Shown in pieces: positions 40,700 to 52,809 of a DNA stretch of 64,000 nucleotides. The stretch is from Octopus vulgaris (Eukaryota). Below the pieces are notes generated by a model, which made no database searches, was not told where the DNA came from, and saw only the letters and a list, made by a program, of their open reading frames with translations. Every line of letters starts with the position of its first letter. Positions within the stretch are counted from its first letter, which is position 1. Location: assembly GCA_951406725.2 (NCBI GenBank), contig OX597830.1:10044001-10108000 (forward strand). The letters are read 5' to 3'. A program made the translations under genes and the position numbers.

Positions 40700-42766
40700 A
40701 ATAATAATAATAATTGTGTACAGTGCTCAGGTGCACTACAACTCATCTAAAGTGTATATATAATCAGGTGTAGTTTCGACGGATTTCGGGAAGCATGAGT
40801 GCCTTAAAGGATGCAGTGTCATGGCAGTCAACAACTGATGCAGGCAGTTTATTCCACGCTTCAGCAACCCTGAGCGTGAAAAAATGTTTCCGAAAGTCAT
40901 GGGAGCTGTGCTGTTTTCTGACTTTGTAGGCATGTCCACGTGTGTTAGACACATGGAGATCAAAAAGGTGTTCAGTGTTGTTGTTGGTGAGGTGGTTGAT
41001 AACCTTGTGGGTGCTTACCAAGTCCGTCGCCAGACGCCGGAGCTTCAGTGAATCCATGCCCAGGGAAACAAGGCGCTCAGAATATGGTAGGTGTCTGATG
41101 GAGGGTATGCGTTTGGTTGCACGTCTCTGGACAGATTCCAGGAGGTCAATGTTCTGAGCAAGATAGGGATTCCAAACTGATGATGCGAATTCCAAGTGTG
41201 GTCGTACCATAGCTGTATACAGTTTTAAATAGATGGCTGGAGAGCGGCTAACAAAAGTCTTGCTGAGTGATGCCAAGACACCCTCGGCCTTCTTGACAAT
41301 TTTAGAGATATGCTTTGTCCAACGCAAATCACTGCTGACAGTGATGCCTAGGTCACGCTCGCAAGAGGATTTCTTGATATCAGTGTTGTGGAGGGAGTAT
41401 GTGGACGCAGGGTTTTTTCTCCCAAAATGCATGGTGGTACACTTGTCCACAGCCAGTTTCAGTTGCCAGTCTGTGATCCATTGCTGCATTGTGTCTAGGT
41501 CTGATTGCAGGAAAGAGTTGTAGACATCAGGATCAGTCCTCTTGATTTCAAGGTACAGCTTGATGTCGTCTGCATATTTCAATACTGTGGCATTCTTTAA
41601 ATTGGCATCTATGTCATTAATGTATGCCACAAACAGGAGGGGACCAAGGACAGATCCCTGTGGTACACCCGATGACATCTCATATGGTGTAGAGTGCTGT
41701 CCTAGAACTGTGACTACCTCCTTTCGGCTGAGGATGAAGGATTTCAACCAGTTAAAAAGGTCATCCCCCACACCCATTGCAGAGAGTTTCACCATAAGCC
41801 TTTTGTGTGGCACAGAGTTGAAAGCCTTAGCAAAGTCAAGGTAGACAACATCCACCCATGAGCCACTGTCAGTGATTTGAGTAATGTCCTCAAGGAACTC
41901 GACAAGCTGGTCACTGCAGCTGGAGTTAGGGACAAATCCATATTGTGAGGGTCGGATGAGACTGTGAGAGCTCCAGAAGTTCCAGAGTGTTTCTCTGACA
42001 CACGATTCCATCAGTTTTGCAATACAGCTAGTGAGACTGACTGGGCGATAGTTGACAGGTGATGTGCGGTCACCCTTTTTGAACAGAGGAATGACACTGG
42101 CAGTTTTCCACTGCTCCGGAGTAGCACCATTGTTGAGACAGTACTGGAAGAAAATAGAAAGCTGGTGTAAAAGGAAGTGCCTGCCACGTTTGAGAAGCAG
42201 GTATGTAACTCCATCGAGACCAGGGGAGGCATAGTTGTGCTTATTTTGAAGGTGACGTCGCAGCATTGCAGGTGTAAATTCCATAGTTGTTATGGAGTTT
42301 GCTGTTAGTGATGGTGAAGATGGTACATTTTGACTTTCGACAGTGAATATGTTTGCATAGCACTCGGCAATGAGTTCTGCGCATTCCTTGGGGTCGTCAG
42401 TGATCTGGTTCGTGTGAGGGTTGCGAAGAGGGCCCACTGGAGAGTGAGGTCTCTGCTTTGAATGCACATATTTCCAGAAAACCTTGCTGTCAGGATTGGC
42501 TGCTATGCACTGTTCAAATTCAAGCACTGCATTTTTTGTCACTTGCTTGAGATGGTTGGAGGATTTATTCCGCTTCTTCCTGTTGGTGTCTGATTTATGC
42601 AACTTGTATTCCTGTTCAGCAGTCCGACGTTCCTTCCTGGCAAGTCGGACCGCTGAAGTTTCCCAAATTGCCCTTTTGGGGCGGTTCTTCTTTTTTGTTT
42701 ACGTGGCACTGATGCTGCACATGCTGCCCATATTGAGTCCAGGATACTCTGGAGTATAGTATTCAT
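40700..42766 (-). mobile_element. Young 5'-truncated CR1-clade LINE
   Basis: Long RT ORF, short 3'UTR ending in (ATT)n; one frameshift in an A-run near 42695. Confidence 0.96.
40764..42602 (-). CDS. CR1 ORF2 reverse transcriptase region (612 aa open, endonuclease absent)
   Basis: NYRPVSLTS, YLDFAKAFNSV, GVPQGSVLGPLLF, KYADD, ERDLG, VRPHLEF..SVWNP, LESVQRRATK, TRGH. Confidence 0.93.
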   Translation of the reverse strand: MHKSDTNRKKRNKSSNHLKQVTKNAVLEFEQCIAANPDSKVFWKYVHSKQRPHSPVGPLRNPHTNQITDDPKECAELIAECYANIFTVESQNVPSSPSLTANSITTMEFTPAMLRRHLQNKHNYASPGLDGVTYLLLKRGRHFLLHQLSIFFQYCLNNGATPEQWKTASVIPLFKKGDRTSPVNYRPVSLTSCIAKLMESCVRETLWNFWSSHSLIRPSQYGFVPNSSCSDQLVEFLEDITQITDSGSWVDVVYLDFAKAFNSVPHKRLMVKLSAMGVGDDLFNWLKSFILSRKEVVTVLGQHSTPYEMSSGVPQGSVLGPLLFVAYINDIDANLKNATVLKYADDIKLYLEIKRTDPDVYNSFLQSDLDTMQQWITDWQLKLAVDKCTTMHFGRKNPASTYSLHNTDIKKSSCERDLGITVSSDLRWTKHISKIVKKAEGVLASLSKTFVSRSPAIYLKLYTAMVRPHLEFASSVWNPYLAQNIDLLESVQRRATKRIPSIRHLPYSERLVSLGMDSLKLRRLATDLVSTHKVINHLTNNNTEHLFDLHVSNTRGHAYKVRKQHSSHDFRKHFFTLRVAEAWNKLPASVVDCHDTASFKALMLPEIRRNYT

Positions 42767-43263
42767 ATCTACACGTTTCCGGTTATTTAAATGCTACATG
42801 AACCATAAATAGCTGCGAGTGAAATATTACCACATCCGAAAACTTTTAATATCTTAATTAGCACAAACCATCACTCATGCACATCACTAAGGGTTTCCAG
42901 CATCATAATCGTAGTGGTGGTCAGGCGAAACGGCGAAAGCGCAAAGGAGCCCGGAGACCTTTGTGGAAACCCTGGAAACTGTTCTCGCTTCTGAATAAAT
43001 GATCACGTCCGTCGAATCGGATCATCCGGAGATACGGATATGGGGCATGAAGAGCACCGCTTCTTGGGGGAGGGGGTCATCCGATGCTCTTTCGTCAACT
43101 CTGGAATATCTTAGGACCGAATGACCCGCTTTTTCTTCAAATATCAACATTCTGCTCCGACACACCTAGCTCGAGGATCATTTATCAAACAGTACCTCGG
43201 TTTTTTTCAGATATTATATCAGTTATCGTCTGACGAGCTCTCACATCACTGTAGAAGGCAAAA

Positions 43264-43645
43264 GTGGAGGCGCAATGGCCCAGTGGTTAGGGTAGCGGAC
43301 TCGCGGTCGTAGGATCGCGGTTTCGATTCCCAGACCGGGCGTTGTGAGTGTTTATTGAGCGAAAACACCTAAAAGCTTCACGAGGCTCGGGCAGGGATGG
43401 TGGTGATCCCTGCTGTACTCTTTCACCACAACTTTCTCTCACACTTACTTCCTGTTTCTGTTGTACCTGTATTTCAAAGGGCCGGCCTTGTCACTCTCTG
43501 TGTCACGCTGAATATCCCCGAGAACTACGTTAAGGGTACACGTGTCTGTGGAGTGCTCAGCCACTTACACGTTAATTTCACGAGCAGGCTGTTCTGTTGA
43601 TCGGATTAACCGGAACCCTCGTCGTCGTAACCGACGGAGTGCTTC
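43264..43645 (+). mobile_element. SINE family C (tRNA-derived head), full length
   Basis: ggaggcgcaatggcccagtggttagg...ggtttcgattccc; tail gttgatcggattaaccggaaccctcgtcgtcgtaaccgacggag. Confidence 0.9.
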
Positions 43646-43932
43646 CCAGAAGGCAAAAGTCCTTTCACAAACTTCAGAAAACCAATATAAAAATAATTCT
43701 TCCAAGAAAAGAGAGCCACGATTCTAAGAACGTAAACAATTCTTCAATCCCAAACAAATAATCAGAAATTCTTACATGCATTAATCTAATCGTAAATGCG
43801 TATAAGCCATAAATTCCACAGTAAAATAAAATACGTCAGTTTGATTGCACAGAATGGATTGTGAAGCTCAAACACAAAGCACCAAAACTGCACCAAACAT
43901 ATAAAGTAAAAATAAACAAAATAAAATTATTT

Positions 43933-44172
43933 GTTTTACTCTTTACTTTTTTACTTGTTTCAGTCATTTGACTGCGGCCATGCTGGAGCACCGCCTTTTA
44001 GTCGAGCAAATCGACCCCGGGACTTATTCTTTGTAAGTCCAGTACTTATTCTATCGGTCTCCTTTTGCCGAACCGCTAAGTGACGGGGCGTAAACACACC
44101 AGCATCGGTTGTCAAGCAATGCTAAGGGGTCAAACACACACACAAACACACACACACAAACACACACACACA

Positions 44173-44236
<64 letters not shown>

Positions 44237-44249
44237 GATAGATAGATAT

Positions 44250-44312
<63 letters not shown>

Positions 44313-44480
44313 TATACGACAGGCTTCTTTCAGGTTCCGTCTACCAAATCCACTCACAAGGCATTGGTCGGCCCAGGGCTATAGCAGAAGACACTTGCCC
44401 AAGATGCCACGCAGTGGGACTGAACCCGGAACCATATGGTTGGTTAGCAAGCTACTTACCACACAGCCACTCCTGCGCCT
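43933..44480 (-). mobile_element. SINE family A, young copy
   Basis: Near-identical reverse complement of the 36104 copy; expanded internal (CA)(TA)(GATA) repeats. Confidence 0.95.
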
Positions 44481-44482
44481 GT

Positions 44483-44847
44483 ATTATTTACATTATTTAC
44501 ATTTGACGGATATTTGTCCTCATCTTGTTTAACACAGCATTTCGGCTGACATACCCACCTCCAGCCTTCATCAAGGGCATATGGCGTAGTGGTTAAGAAC
44601 TCGGGCTACTAACCCCAAGATTCCGAGTTCGACTCCAGGCTGTGACCTGAATAATAATATCGAAAAATACCTTAGGAATGAGAACCCAGGTTCGAAATCT
44701 CCCCAAGACACCTGATGAACGCTGGAAAGTATATCAGCTGAAACGTTGTGTTAACACCAAACAAGATGAGGACAAATATCTGTCAAATGTAAATAATGTA
44801 AATAATAGAAATAATCTACATAATTCCTCATGTCTTAAATATGGAAG
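44483..44847 (+). mobile_element. SINE family E: tRNA head + hammerhead tail, preceded by an inverted copy of its own tail
   Basis: 44483-44573 = rc of ~44713-44806; head 44575-44648 with boxes A/B. Confidence 0.85.
44707..44752 (+). ncRNA. Minimal type-I hammerhead ribozyme motif (canonical core)
   Basis: gacac-CTGATGA-ac-gctg gaaagtatat cagc-t-GAAA-cGTT-gtgtt; palindromic aacgtt stem III. Confidence 0.7.
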
Positions 44848-45858
44848 TGTATTAAACAAAATAAATTACCCAAAACTAGAAAACTACGGAATTGGCAGGG
44901 TTGTTAGTAATGAATGCATTGTGGTATTTATTACGACATCGGTATTTTGAGATCATATTGCATCGAGGTCTTTTTTCTGTCATTATTTCGGGGTCGGTGA
45001 AAAAATACCACCCTAAATCGGAAAATGGTGAAGAGAAGAGAGTGTGATGTCAGTGTATGAGGTTGTCCGTACTTGTTTCTCGTTGAGGCGTGGCACTGTT
45101 GTGGAGGCGCGGTAATATTGTGGAGGCACAGATTGAAAAAGGATCCCTAGAGGTCTTCAATGTACGTTAGTGTTCATAGTTGCACTCGGCAAGACGGTGA
45201 CATTGTGTAAGTAGGTGAATGTGAGTTACGTACTGTTATTTGGCTGACTATCAGAGCTGAACTAGAGCAACACATCAGCATCACTATCGTTATCATCAAC
45301 AACAACAATGAGCAATAGTAATGCACTCTCACCACAAAATATAAAATAAACCTGAAAAGTAACATTTCCCACAAGACAGAGACGAACAATGTTGAAAGAA
45401 ATCTTAATAAGACAGCAAAATGCCAAAATAAACACGCAGATAAGAATGCCCTTGTCGCAAACAAACAAAAACAGTTGACGAGTGAATCAAAACAACAATG
45501 AAATCTTTCGACTTACGAGGTAATGGCAGCACCAACAAACGGCACCAATAACAATACAACTGCTTGATTCTAATGCAATACGTCAACACACACTTATATT
45601 AACCACTTCATTCAGAAGATGTGATCACGCAATTCTGGAAACATTTTTGGATTTGATTTATTTATACAAAGTTTAAAAATCGTGGTAATGAAATATAATA
45701 CTTACTAATTTTTGGCAAAAAGCCAAGGGGTTTGCGGTTCGGGGCAAACCCATTATATCGACCCCACTGTTCCTATTGGTAGGAAACAAACACAGAAATG
45801 AAGACGCTCGCGTGCCACACACAGGACGGGTTTCTTTCTGTTTCCTTCTACCAAATCC

Positions 45859-46814
45859 ATGCAACTACCTCAATATGTGAATGAAAACAGTTTAGTGTTT
45901 GTCTGACAGAAGAGATCGTAGGGTCTAACTGCGTGCATGCAAAACATTGAGCACATTTCCTGAGATAGGCTGAGATGAGGCCTCCGTGACATACCAAATG
46001 TCTAAAGCAAGTATACCATGTCAGCAGCAATATGAAATGCTTTTATAAATGGCGTCACATAATAAATGCTTAAAATATATACATTTGATATTTTTTTCAT
46101 CTGGTCGGCTCGAAACTAGAATAAGAGACTTATCCAAGAAGCCACATAGTGGGGCTGAACCCAGAATCTCGTATTTGGGAAGTAAGCTTATTACCACACA
46201 GCCATGCCTACGCCTAAATATATACATATAATATTTAATATCTATATATCAAAGGGAGCAAGATCTCAGCAGCAGTCAACGTCCATCCAACGATATATGT
46301 ACATGTGTATTTATACATGTATGTATGCGCATGGACGTGGAAATACCTGGACACCAACCCAGGTAGTCCAGGCGCGCCGTTGGTCCCTTGGGAATGGGAA
46401 GTCCCTCTGTTGTTGTCACAACATCTCTCTGGGAGAGGGAACCTGGGAGAAAGCCTGCGACACTGACAATATTCAATGATGCAGACTAGTCCTTCTTCTC
46501 GAGTTTATGCTGTACAAGCTGAGAGAGAGGGTTGGATTTGTGCAAATCCTTTTCTCACTACAAATAGTCATCATGTACAGGTATCGCTTGGAAAGAAAAA
46601 TAAGACCTATCACCGAAATGGCTGGTCATAGGCTTCGCATGTGTGGGATTTTCGATCAGGTGATGGCAATACCCGAGCACGAGTCTGCAGCTATCATATT
46701 TATATATATATATATATATATATATACATACACACACATTTGATTTTCTTTTCATCTGCTTTTCCTATGCGATAAATGCAAACGACGCTGATGAATATGA
46801 CCTCTGTGTAAATG

Positions 46815-46850
<36 letters not shown>

Positions 46851-47249
46851 CACATCTGTGTGTGTATGTGTATTTAAATATTTATATATATGTATACCTC
46901 TGTGTGTGTATGTGTATTTAAATATTCATATATATATATATATATATCTATATATATATATATTTTATATATAACTATATGTATATAATAATATGATGGT
47001 TATCGTTTGAGCTTAAAAATATAACATAATAGAAACGTTGTAACCTTTATAAATATGATACATGATATACCAGAGATACGCTCACGCGCGCATGCGCATA
47101 CACACACACATACATATATACAACTTCGCTAACGAATATATATTCATAAATTTATAGGAAGATATACATATTTGTATACGTATTTACATGAATACATTAC
47201 ATACACAAGCGAGTATCAATATGCACACACATACACACACGTATATTTA

Positions 47250-47289
<40 letters not shown>

Positions 47290-48170
47290 TACATACATAT
47301 ATACATACATACATACATATATATATATACACATATATATATATATATATATACACATACATATGTCATTATCGTCTTCGTCCGTGCATGCTTCATTCTC
47401 CCAACCCGTATTATTATTATTATTAATATTGCCCCACCTTATCTTTCGTTCTGGTGGCAACTAAAAGAAATCATTATTATTATTAGTAGTAGTAGTAGTA
47501 TTACCCATTCTCTTAATTTTGCGAACGTTACTGAATATTATTGAAATGCGTATCAGTTCTCTGGCAACCATTACTAAGCTTATTATCCTTCAGATAAAGT
47601 AGGTTATCTTTCAAAATATCTTGACTCGTTGTTTGTTATTTTAAAGATAACGCTTGTAGAATGAATTTTTCTTTATACATTGCTCTTTATAAAGTGTTTT
47701 ATTCTGACTTGTAGTTGTTTCGGGATTCTATTTTTTCTGGGTTTCGCGTTGTTGTTAAACATTTCTCTCCATGCTTTTAATTTTCTAGGTTTCTCATGCA
47801 ATCTTTTATCTAATTTTTTCCATAGTTCAAAGTGTTTAAACAATATTTTAACAGAGTTTTTATGCTTATTTAATTTCAGATATTCACATTCAACATTGTC
47901 GTTTGCATTTAACGCATATGAAAAGCAGATGAAAAAAATATCAAATGTATATATTTTAAGCATTTATTATGTGACGCCATTTATAAAAGCATTTCATATT
48001 GCTGCTGACATGGTATACTTGCTTTAGACATTTGGTATGTCACGGAGGCCTTATCTCAGCCTATCTCAGGAAATGTGCTCAATGTTTTGCATGCACGCAG
48101 TTAGACCCTACGATCTCTTCTGTCAGACAAACACTAAACTGTTTTCATTCACTTATTGAGGTAGTTGCAT
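45859..48170. repeat. 245-bp near-perfect inverted repeat pair (45859-46103 / 47926-48170)
   Basis: Only about two mismatches seen; an older third fragment lies at 46748-46798. Confidence 0.9.
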
Positions 48171-48183
48171 TTGGTACAATATG

Positions 48184-48407
48184 TATTTCTTTACTACCCA
48201 CAAGGGGCTAAACACAGAGAGGACAAACAAGGAAAGACAAACGGATTAAGTCGATTACATCGACCTCAGTGCGTAACTGGTAGTTATTTAATCGACCCCG
48301 AAAGGATGAAAGGCAAAGTCGACCTTGGCCGAATTTGAACTCAGAGCAGGTGAAATACTGCTAAACATTTCGCTTGGCGTGCTAACGTTTCTGCCAGCTC
48401 TCCGCTT
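48184..48407 (-). mobile_element. SINE B monomer with 19-bp TSD
   Basis: ttgcatttggtacaatatg at 48165-48183 and 48408-48426. Confidence 0.93.
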
Positions 48408-48439
48408 TTGCATTTGGTACAATATGGCAGATAAAATGG

Positions 48440-48960
48440 TTTGAATTGGTGGCATTGTTAAAGCGCTGGATTGTATGTCACACAGTCAATCTTTTCCCGA
48501 TTCACTGAGCTCTTCAAGTTCAAATCGTACCGTGGTCAACTTTGCTTTTCCCTCCCTTCGGGCCAGTAAAGAGATTCCAATAAAAAGTCCTGGGTTGATG
48601 GATCTTTTAAGGTGTCACACAAGATGCTTTGTGGCATCTGGATTTTTGCATTCTGTCCACAATATCTGCGACGACATTTGTGTTGGGCTGTGCCAGGCCA
48701 AGATGGCTGCCTTTTGTTTGAAGAAACAATGGCAGTATTCTTTTCCCGATACACTGCGCTTTTCAAGTTCAAATCGTACCGTGGTCACCTTTGCTTTTTC
48801 CTCCCTTCGGGCCTATAAAGAGATTCCAATAAAAATTTGTGGGTTGGTGGATCTTTTAAGGGGTCACACAAGATGCTTTGTGGAATCTGGATTTTTGCAT
48901 TCTGTCCACAATGTCTGTGCCAGGCCAAGATGGCCGCTTTTTGTTTGAAGAAACAATGGC
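48440..48960 (+). mobile_element. Diverged B-related SINE, head + 2 tandem units (~247 bp)
   Basis: tcttttcccgat...caagttcaaatcgtaccgtggtca...gaagaaacaatggca twice; second unit has a ~21-bp deletion. Confidence 0.75.
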
Positions 48961-49579
48961 ATCGTGGAGAAAGTAGACAGCCAAGCACGGGCAAATGTCA
49001 AGCTTCCACAAAGAAATCTTGCGAGAGTCAGCAGGTTCATAATCAGTTTCATGGATAAATTTACCGACAGAGGCCCTTTATATAATGAGCCACAAAATGC
49101 AAAAGCTGACCCCGTAGATGTTGTGGTTGCTGTTGCTTCTGTTTTTCTTGTTACTTCACCTCTTGACAGCTCTGATGACGTAGATCTATGTTCGAATGCA
49201 TAAATGCGACTATTGCATTTACTGTGTCCATTATTAACCATATGCCAGATGCTCTCTCTGTTTCTTTCTCTTTTTCTCTCTCTGTGACTAGAGGCCGGGT
49301 TGCCAAAACAGTCTAGTTCACTCTGTCATATAATCACACTAACCCAGGTTCTATGCCAGTCAGTTCTTTGATGTCGTCAGTCTAGAAACGTCTGTGACGG
49401 CTACTTTCAACCTAACATTTTTCAGGCTAGTCTTTTAATCAGTGACTCGCGACGCTTTCTTTATTCAAAACAGCTTTTCTAAGACAGCAGCCAGTGTTTT
49501 CAGTTTATTCTGCTCAGTCTCCAAAAGATCGAAAACTCAAAGGCTATCCGAATTCGAAATGGAGAGATCAAATAAGTTT

Positions 49580-49920
49580 AGGCAGGGCGTGGCGTAGTGG
49601 TAAGAAGTTTGCTTCCGAACCACATGGTTCCGCGTTCGGTCTCAATGAGTAGCAACTTGAGCTAGTGTCTTCTACTATGGCCTCGGGCCAATCACAGCCT
49701 TGTTAGCGGATTTGAAAGACAGGGACTGAAAGAAGCCCGTGATATAGCGCACGCGCGCGCGCGCGTGTGTGTGTGAGTGTTTATCCTCCACCATCGCTTG
49801 ACAACCGGTGCTGGTGTGTTTATGACCCCATAACAATAGAATAAGTACCAGGCTATAAAAACGTACTGCGATCGATTCATTCGTCTACAAGATTCATGGC
49901 CGCAGTCTAATGGCTGAAAT
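49580..49920 (+). mobile_element. SINE family A, degenerate
   Basis: gtggtaagaagtttgcttccgaaccacatggttcc ... gcttgacaaccggtgctggtgtgttt. Confidence 0.85.
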
Positions 49921-50065
49921 GTTAATTAACATGAACTAACGAGTCAAACATTCGCACATTTAGACAGCAACAATTTTGTGTGGATAGAATTTGACAACGC
50001 TGAGATACTCTACATTATGAGATTTGGTGAGGGTGCTGGGAGAAGAGATTAAACTGATATAAGGA

Positions 50066-50279
50066 TACTCTTTTACTTGTTTCAGTAATTTGACTGTGGC
50101 CATGCTGGAGCACCGCCTTTAGTCGAGCAAATCGACTCCAGAACTTATTGTTTGTAAGCCTAGTACTTATTCTATCGGTCTATTTTGCCGAACCGCTAAG
50201 TTACGGGGGCGTAAACACACCAGCATCCGTTGTCAAGCGATGTTGGGGGACAAACACAGATACAAACGTACACACCCAT

Positions 50280-50328
<49 letters not shown>

Positions 50329-50496
50329 CATACGACGGGCTTCTTTCAGTTTTCGTCTACTAAATCCACTCACAAGGCTTTGGTCGGTGCGAGGCTATAG
50401 TAGAAGACACTTGCCCAAGGTGCCACGCAGCGGGACTGAACCCGGAACCATGTGGTTAGTAAGCAAGCTACTTACCACACAGCCACTCCTGCGCCT
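50066..50496 (-). mobile_element. SINE family A, young copy
   Basis: Full-length reverse-complement match. Confidence 0.95.
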
Positions 50497-50822
50497 ATGG
50501 GTTGGACGAGTTGTCTTAAGGTTTTCGGATTCTACAGTACCTGCTGCCATTTTAGAACCAACAAGGAATTGTGAAATTATATATTTTCGTCAGAGACGAA
50601 AGAGCGACGTTGATGAGCATCTCCAGGTTCTTCACGCCTGGTTGACGGAAGCGAAGAATTACGTTGCTTAATTGCGTTCATCAACTGAATCTTACATATT
50701 TCTCTTGAGAAATGTCGCACATTCTATTTCTGGTGAACTCATAGTTTCAAAAAGGAAACACTCAATTACAAGAATTAAACTTCCTACTTTATTATTATTA
50801 TTATTATCATTTATTATTATTA

Positions 50823-51455
50823 TGGCGACGAGCTGGCGGAATTGTTAGCAAGCGGGGCAAAATACTTAGCGGCATTTCGTCCGTCTTTATGTTCTGAGTT
50901 CAAATTCTGTTGAGGTCGACTTTGCCTTTCATATTTTCGGCGTCGATAGAGTAAGTACCAGTTGCGTACTGGGGTCAATGTAATCAACTAGCTCCCTCCC
51001 CACAATTTCTTGTCTTGTGCACACAGAAGCTTGAATTATTATTATTATTATTATTATTATTAAAGCGGCGAGCTGGCAGAATCGTTAGAACGCGGGCGAA
51101 ATGCTTAGCGGTATTTCGTCTGCCGCTACGTTCTGAGTTCAAATTCCGCCGAGGTCGACTTTGCCTTTCATCCTTTCGGGGTCGATTAAAAAAGTGCCAG
51201 TTACGCACTAGGGTCGATATAATCGACTTAATCTCCTTGTCTATCCTTGTTTGTCCCCTCTGTGTTTAGCCCCTGTGGGCAATAAATAAAATATGATTAT
51301 CGGCATTTCGTCCGTCTTTACGTTCTGAGTTCAAAGTGGTCGACTTTGCTTTACATCATTTCGGGATCCATAATATAAGCACCAGTTGGACAGTGGGCCG
51401 AAGTAATCTATTAAACCCCTTCCCCGAAATTTCTGGCCTGGTGCCAAAATCTGAG
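50823..51455 (+). mobile_element. Cluster of three SINE B copies/units
   Basis: Heads at 50823 and 51062, head-less unit at ~51300. Confidence 0.88.
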
Positions 51456-51930
51456 ACCAGTCATGGCCAGAAGAGTAGCTTTCGTGACCATCTCCAGGTT
51501 CTACGAGACTGCTTGGAAGAAGTAAGTAATTTGTTTGGGTAATTGTGTTGATCGAGTGACTCAACGTGTCGCTCGTGAGGAGTGTTGCAGCTTCACTTTT
51601 CGATGGTTTACCATTTCAATAAGGAAATAACAAGTACAAGAATTACATTAAATTAAACTAAATTATCGTGATGTAAACTCCACAACAAAATAAACAGACA
51701 AACAAAGAAAAATATATGTCTTGATAAAAGATCACCAGGATTAAAGAATAAAGTATTTTTACAATACGTGACTGAAAAAAATAACCAAGACTCATCGTTG
51801 ATTCAATTTGACATTTCAACATTCTCCATTTGTCTCAGTTCTCTCACCATGCTGCCTCTCAAAACCGTTTGTCTTTAATTGTCCATTGTATTCTATATTG
51901 TTTATTATCATCATCATAATCAGCAGTATC

Positions 51931-51962
<32 letters not shown>

Positions 51963-52731
51963 TTCTGCTTCACACGAAATTTTCGTTTTCTTCCCAACTC
52001 CCTCTCTCTCTCTCTCTCTTTCTCTCTCCCTCGTTTACGGTCAGTGTTCTTGTTACTCTTAAAGGTATGCATTTTATTTGAGAATTATTATTTTATAAGA
52101 AATAAGAATAGTAAAGCTAAAATCTTTCATCGTAACATATGAAACAATATTAATTCTTTGTTAATCAGTAGTGACACTTTCTAAACGGTCGTGTACTCTT
52201 ACTGCGATAACAATGGAACGTCTTCTCGTGTATTCAATTACCCCAAAAGTTATCACTTATAAACAGTGAATCCACAATTAAATTTATTTCTAATAGAAAT
52301 ATAATGGTTTAATTGCCCACATAATGATTTGCCGTTCTGTGAATTTTGCTCAGACATTGGTGTTTAAAGAGGTTTCAGTAGCGAGGATAATAAATATGAT
52401 GTTACCAATATCCTCAGAAGAAAGCGATTTGGGCCTTCTCAAGAGCTGTTAAATTCACTTTCCATTTATTACACGCGGTGACATTTTCGTCGCACATCTG
52501 CGTCCTGCTCACTGACTCACTACTACATTATATTGACTTGGTAGATGTCATAATTACAAATCATTGGAATTAAGACACTTACCAGGTTGCTATAGTGTAG
52601 TAGAAACATTAACAATTGAAGAATGTTGAAGGGGAGATTGAAGTCGATTGCAATTTCTTTACAAAGCGGAAGCATTTTGCCCCAAAATACATGATGATAT
52701 GAATTTTTTTTATTTATTCTTAGTTGGGATC

Positions 52732-52799
52732 ATTGTGAAGCTAAATCCTTTGAAAAACTCCTCATATTGTGAAGCTAAATCCTTTGAAAAACTCCTCAT
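52732..52799. repeat. 34-bp perfect direct duplication
   Basis: attgtgaagctaaatcctttgaaaaactcctcat x2. Confidence 0.92.
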
Positions 52800-52809
52800 A
52801 CATTAATTT

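Noticed and set aside
46260-46690. GC-richer patch possibly from a LINE 3' region
   Set aside because: Too decayed to assign by eye.
48864-49241. 125-aa minus-strand ORF (MVNNGHSK...)
   Set aside because: No recognisable domain, no pyrimidine-rich acceptor, and it runs into a SINE.
49355-49400. ttgatg...gaaacgtc hammerhead-like string
   Set aside because: No stem II and an incomplete core.
52404-52590. Possible tiny minus-strand exons (LLRRPKSLSSEDI; 7-nt microexon before gtaagt)
   Set aside because: Splice-like signals only; phases do not link to the other exons.
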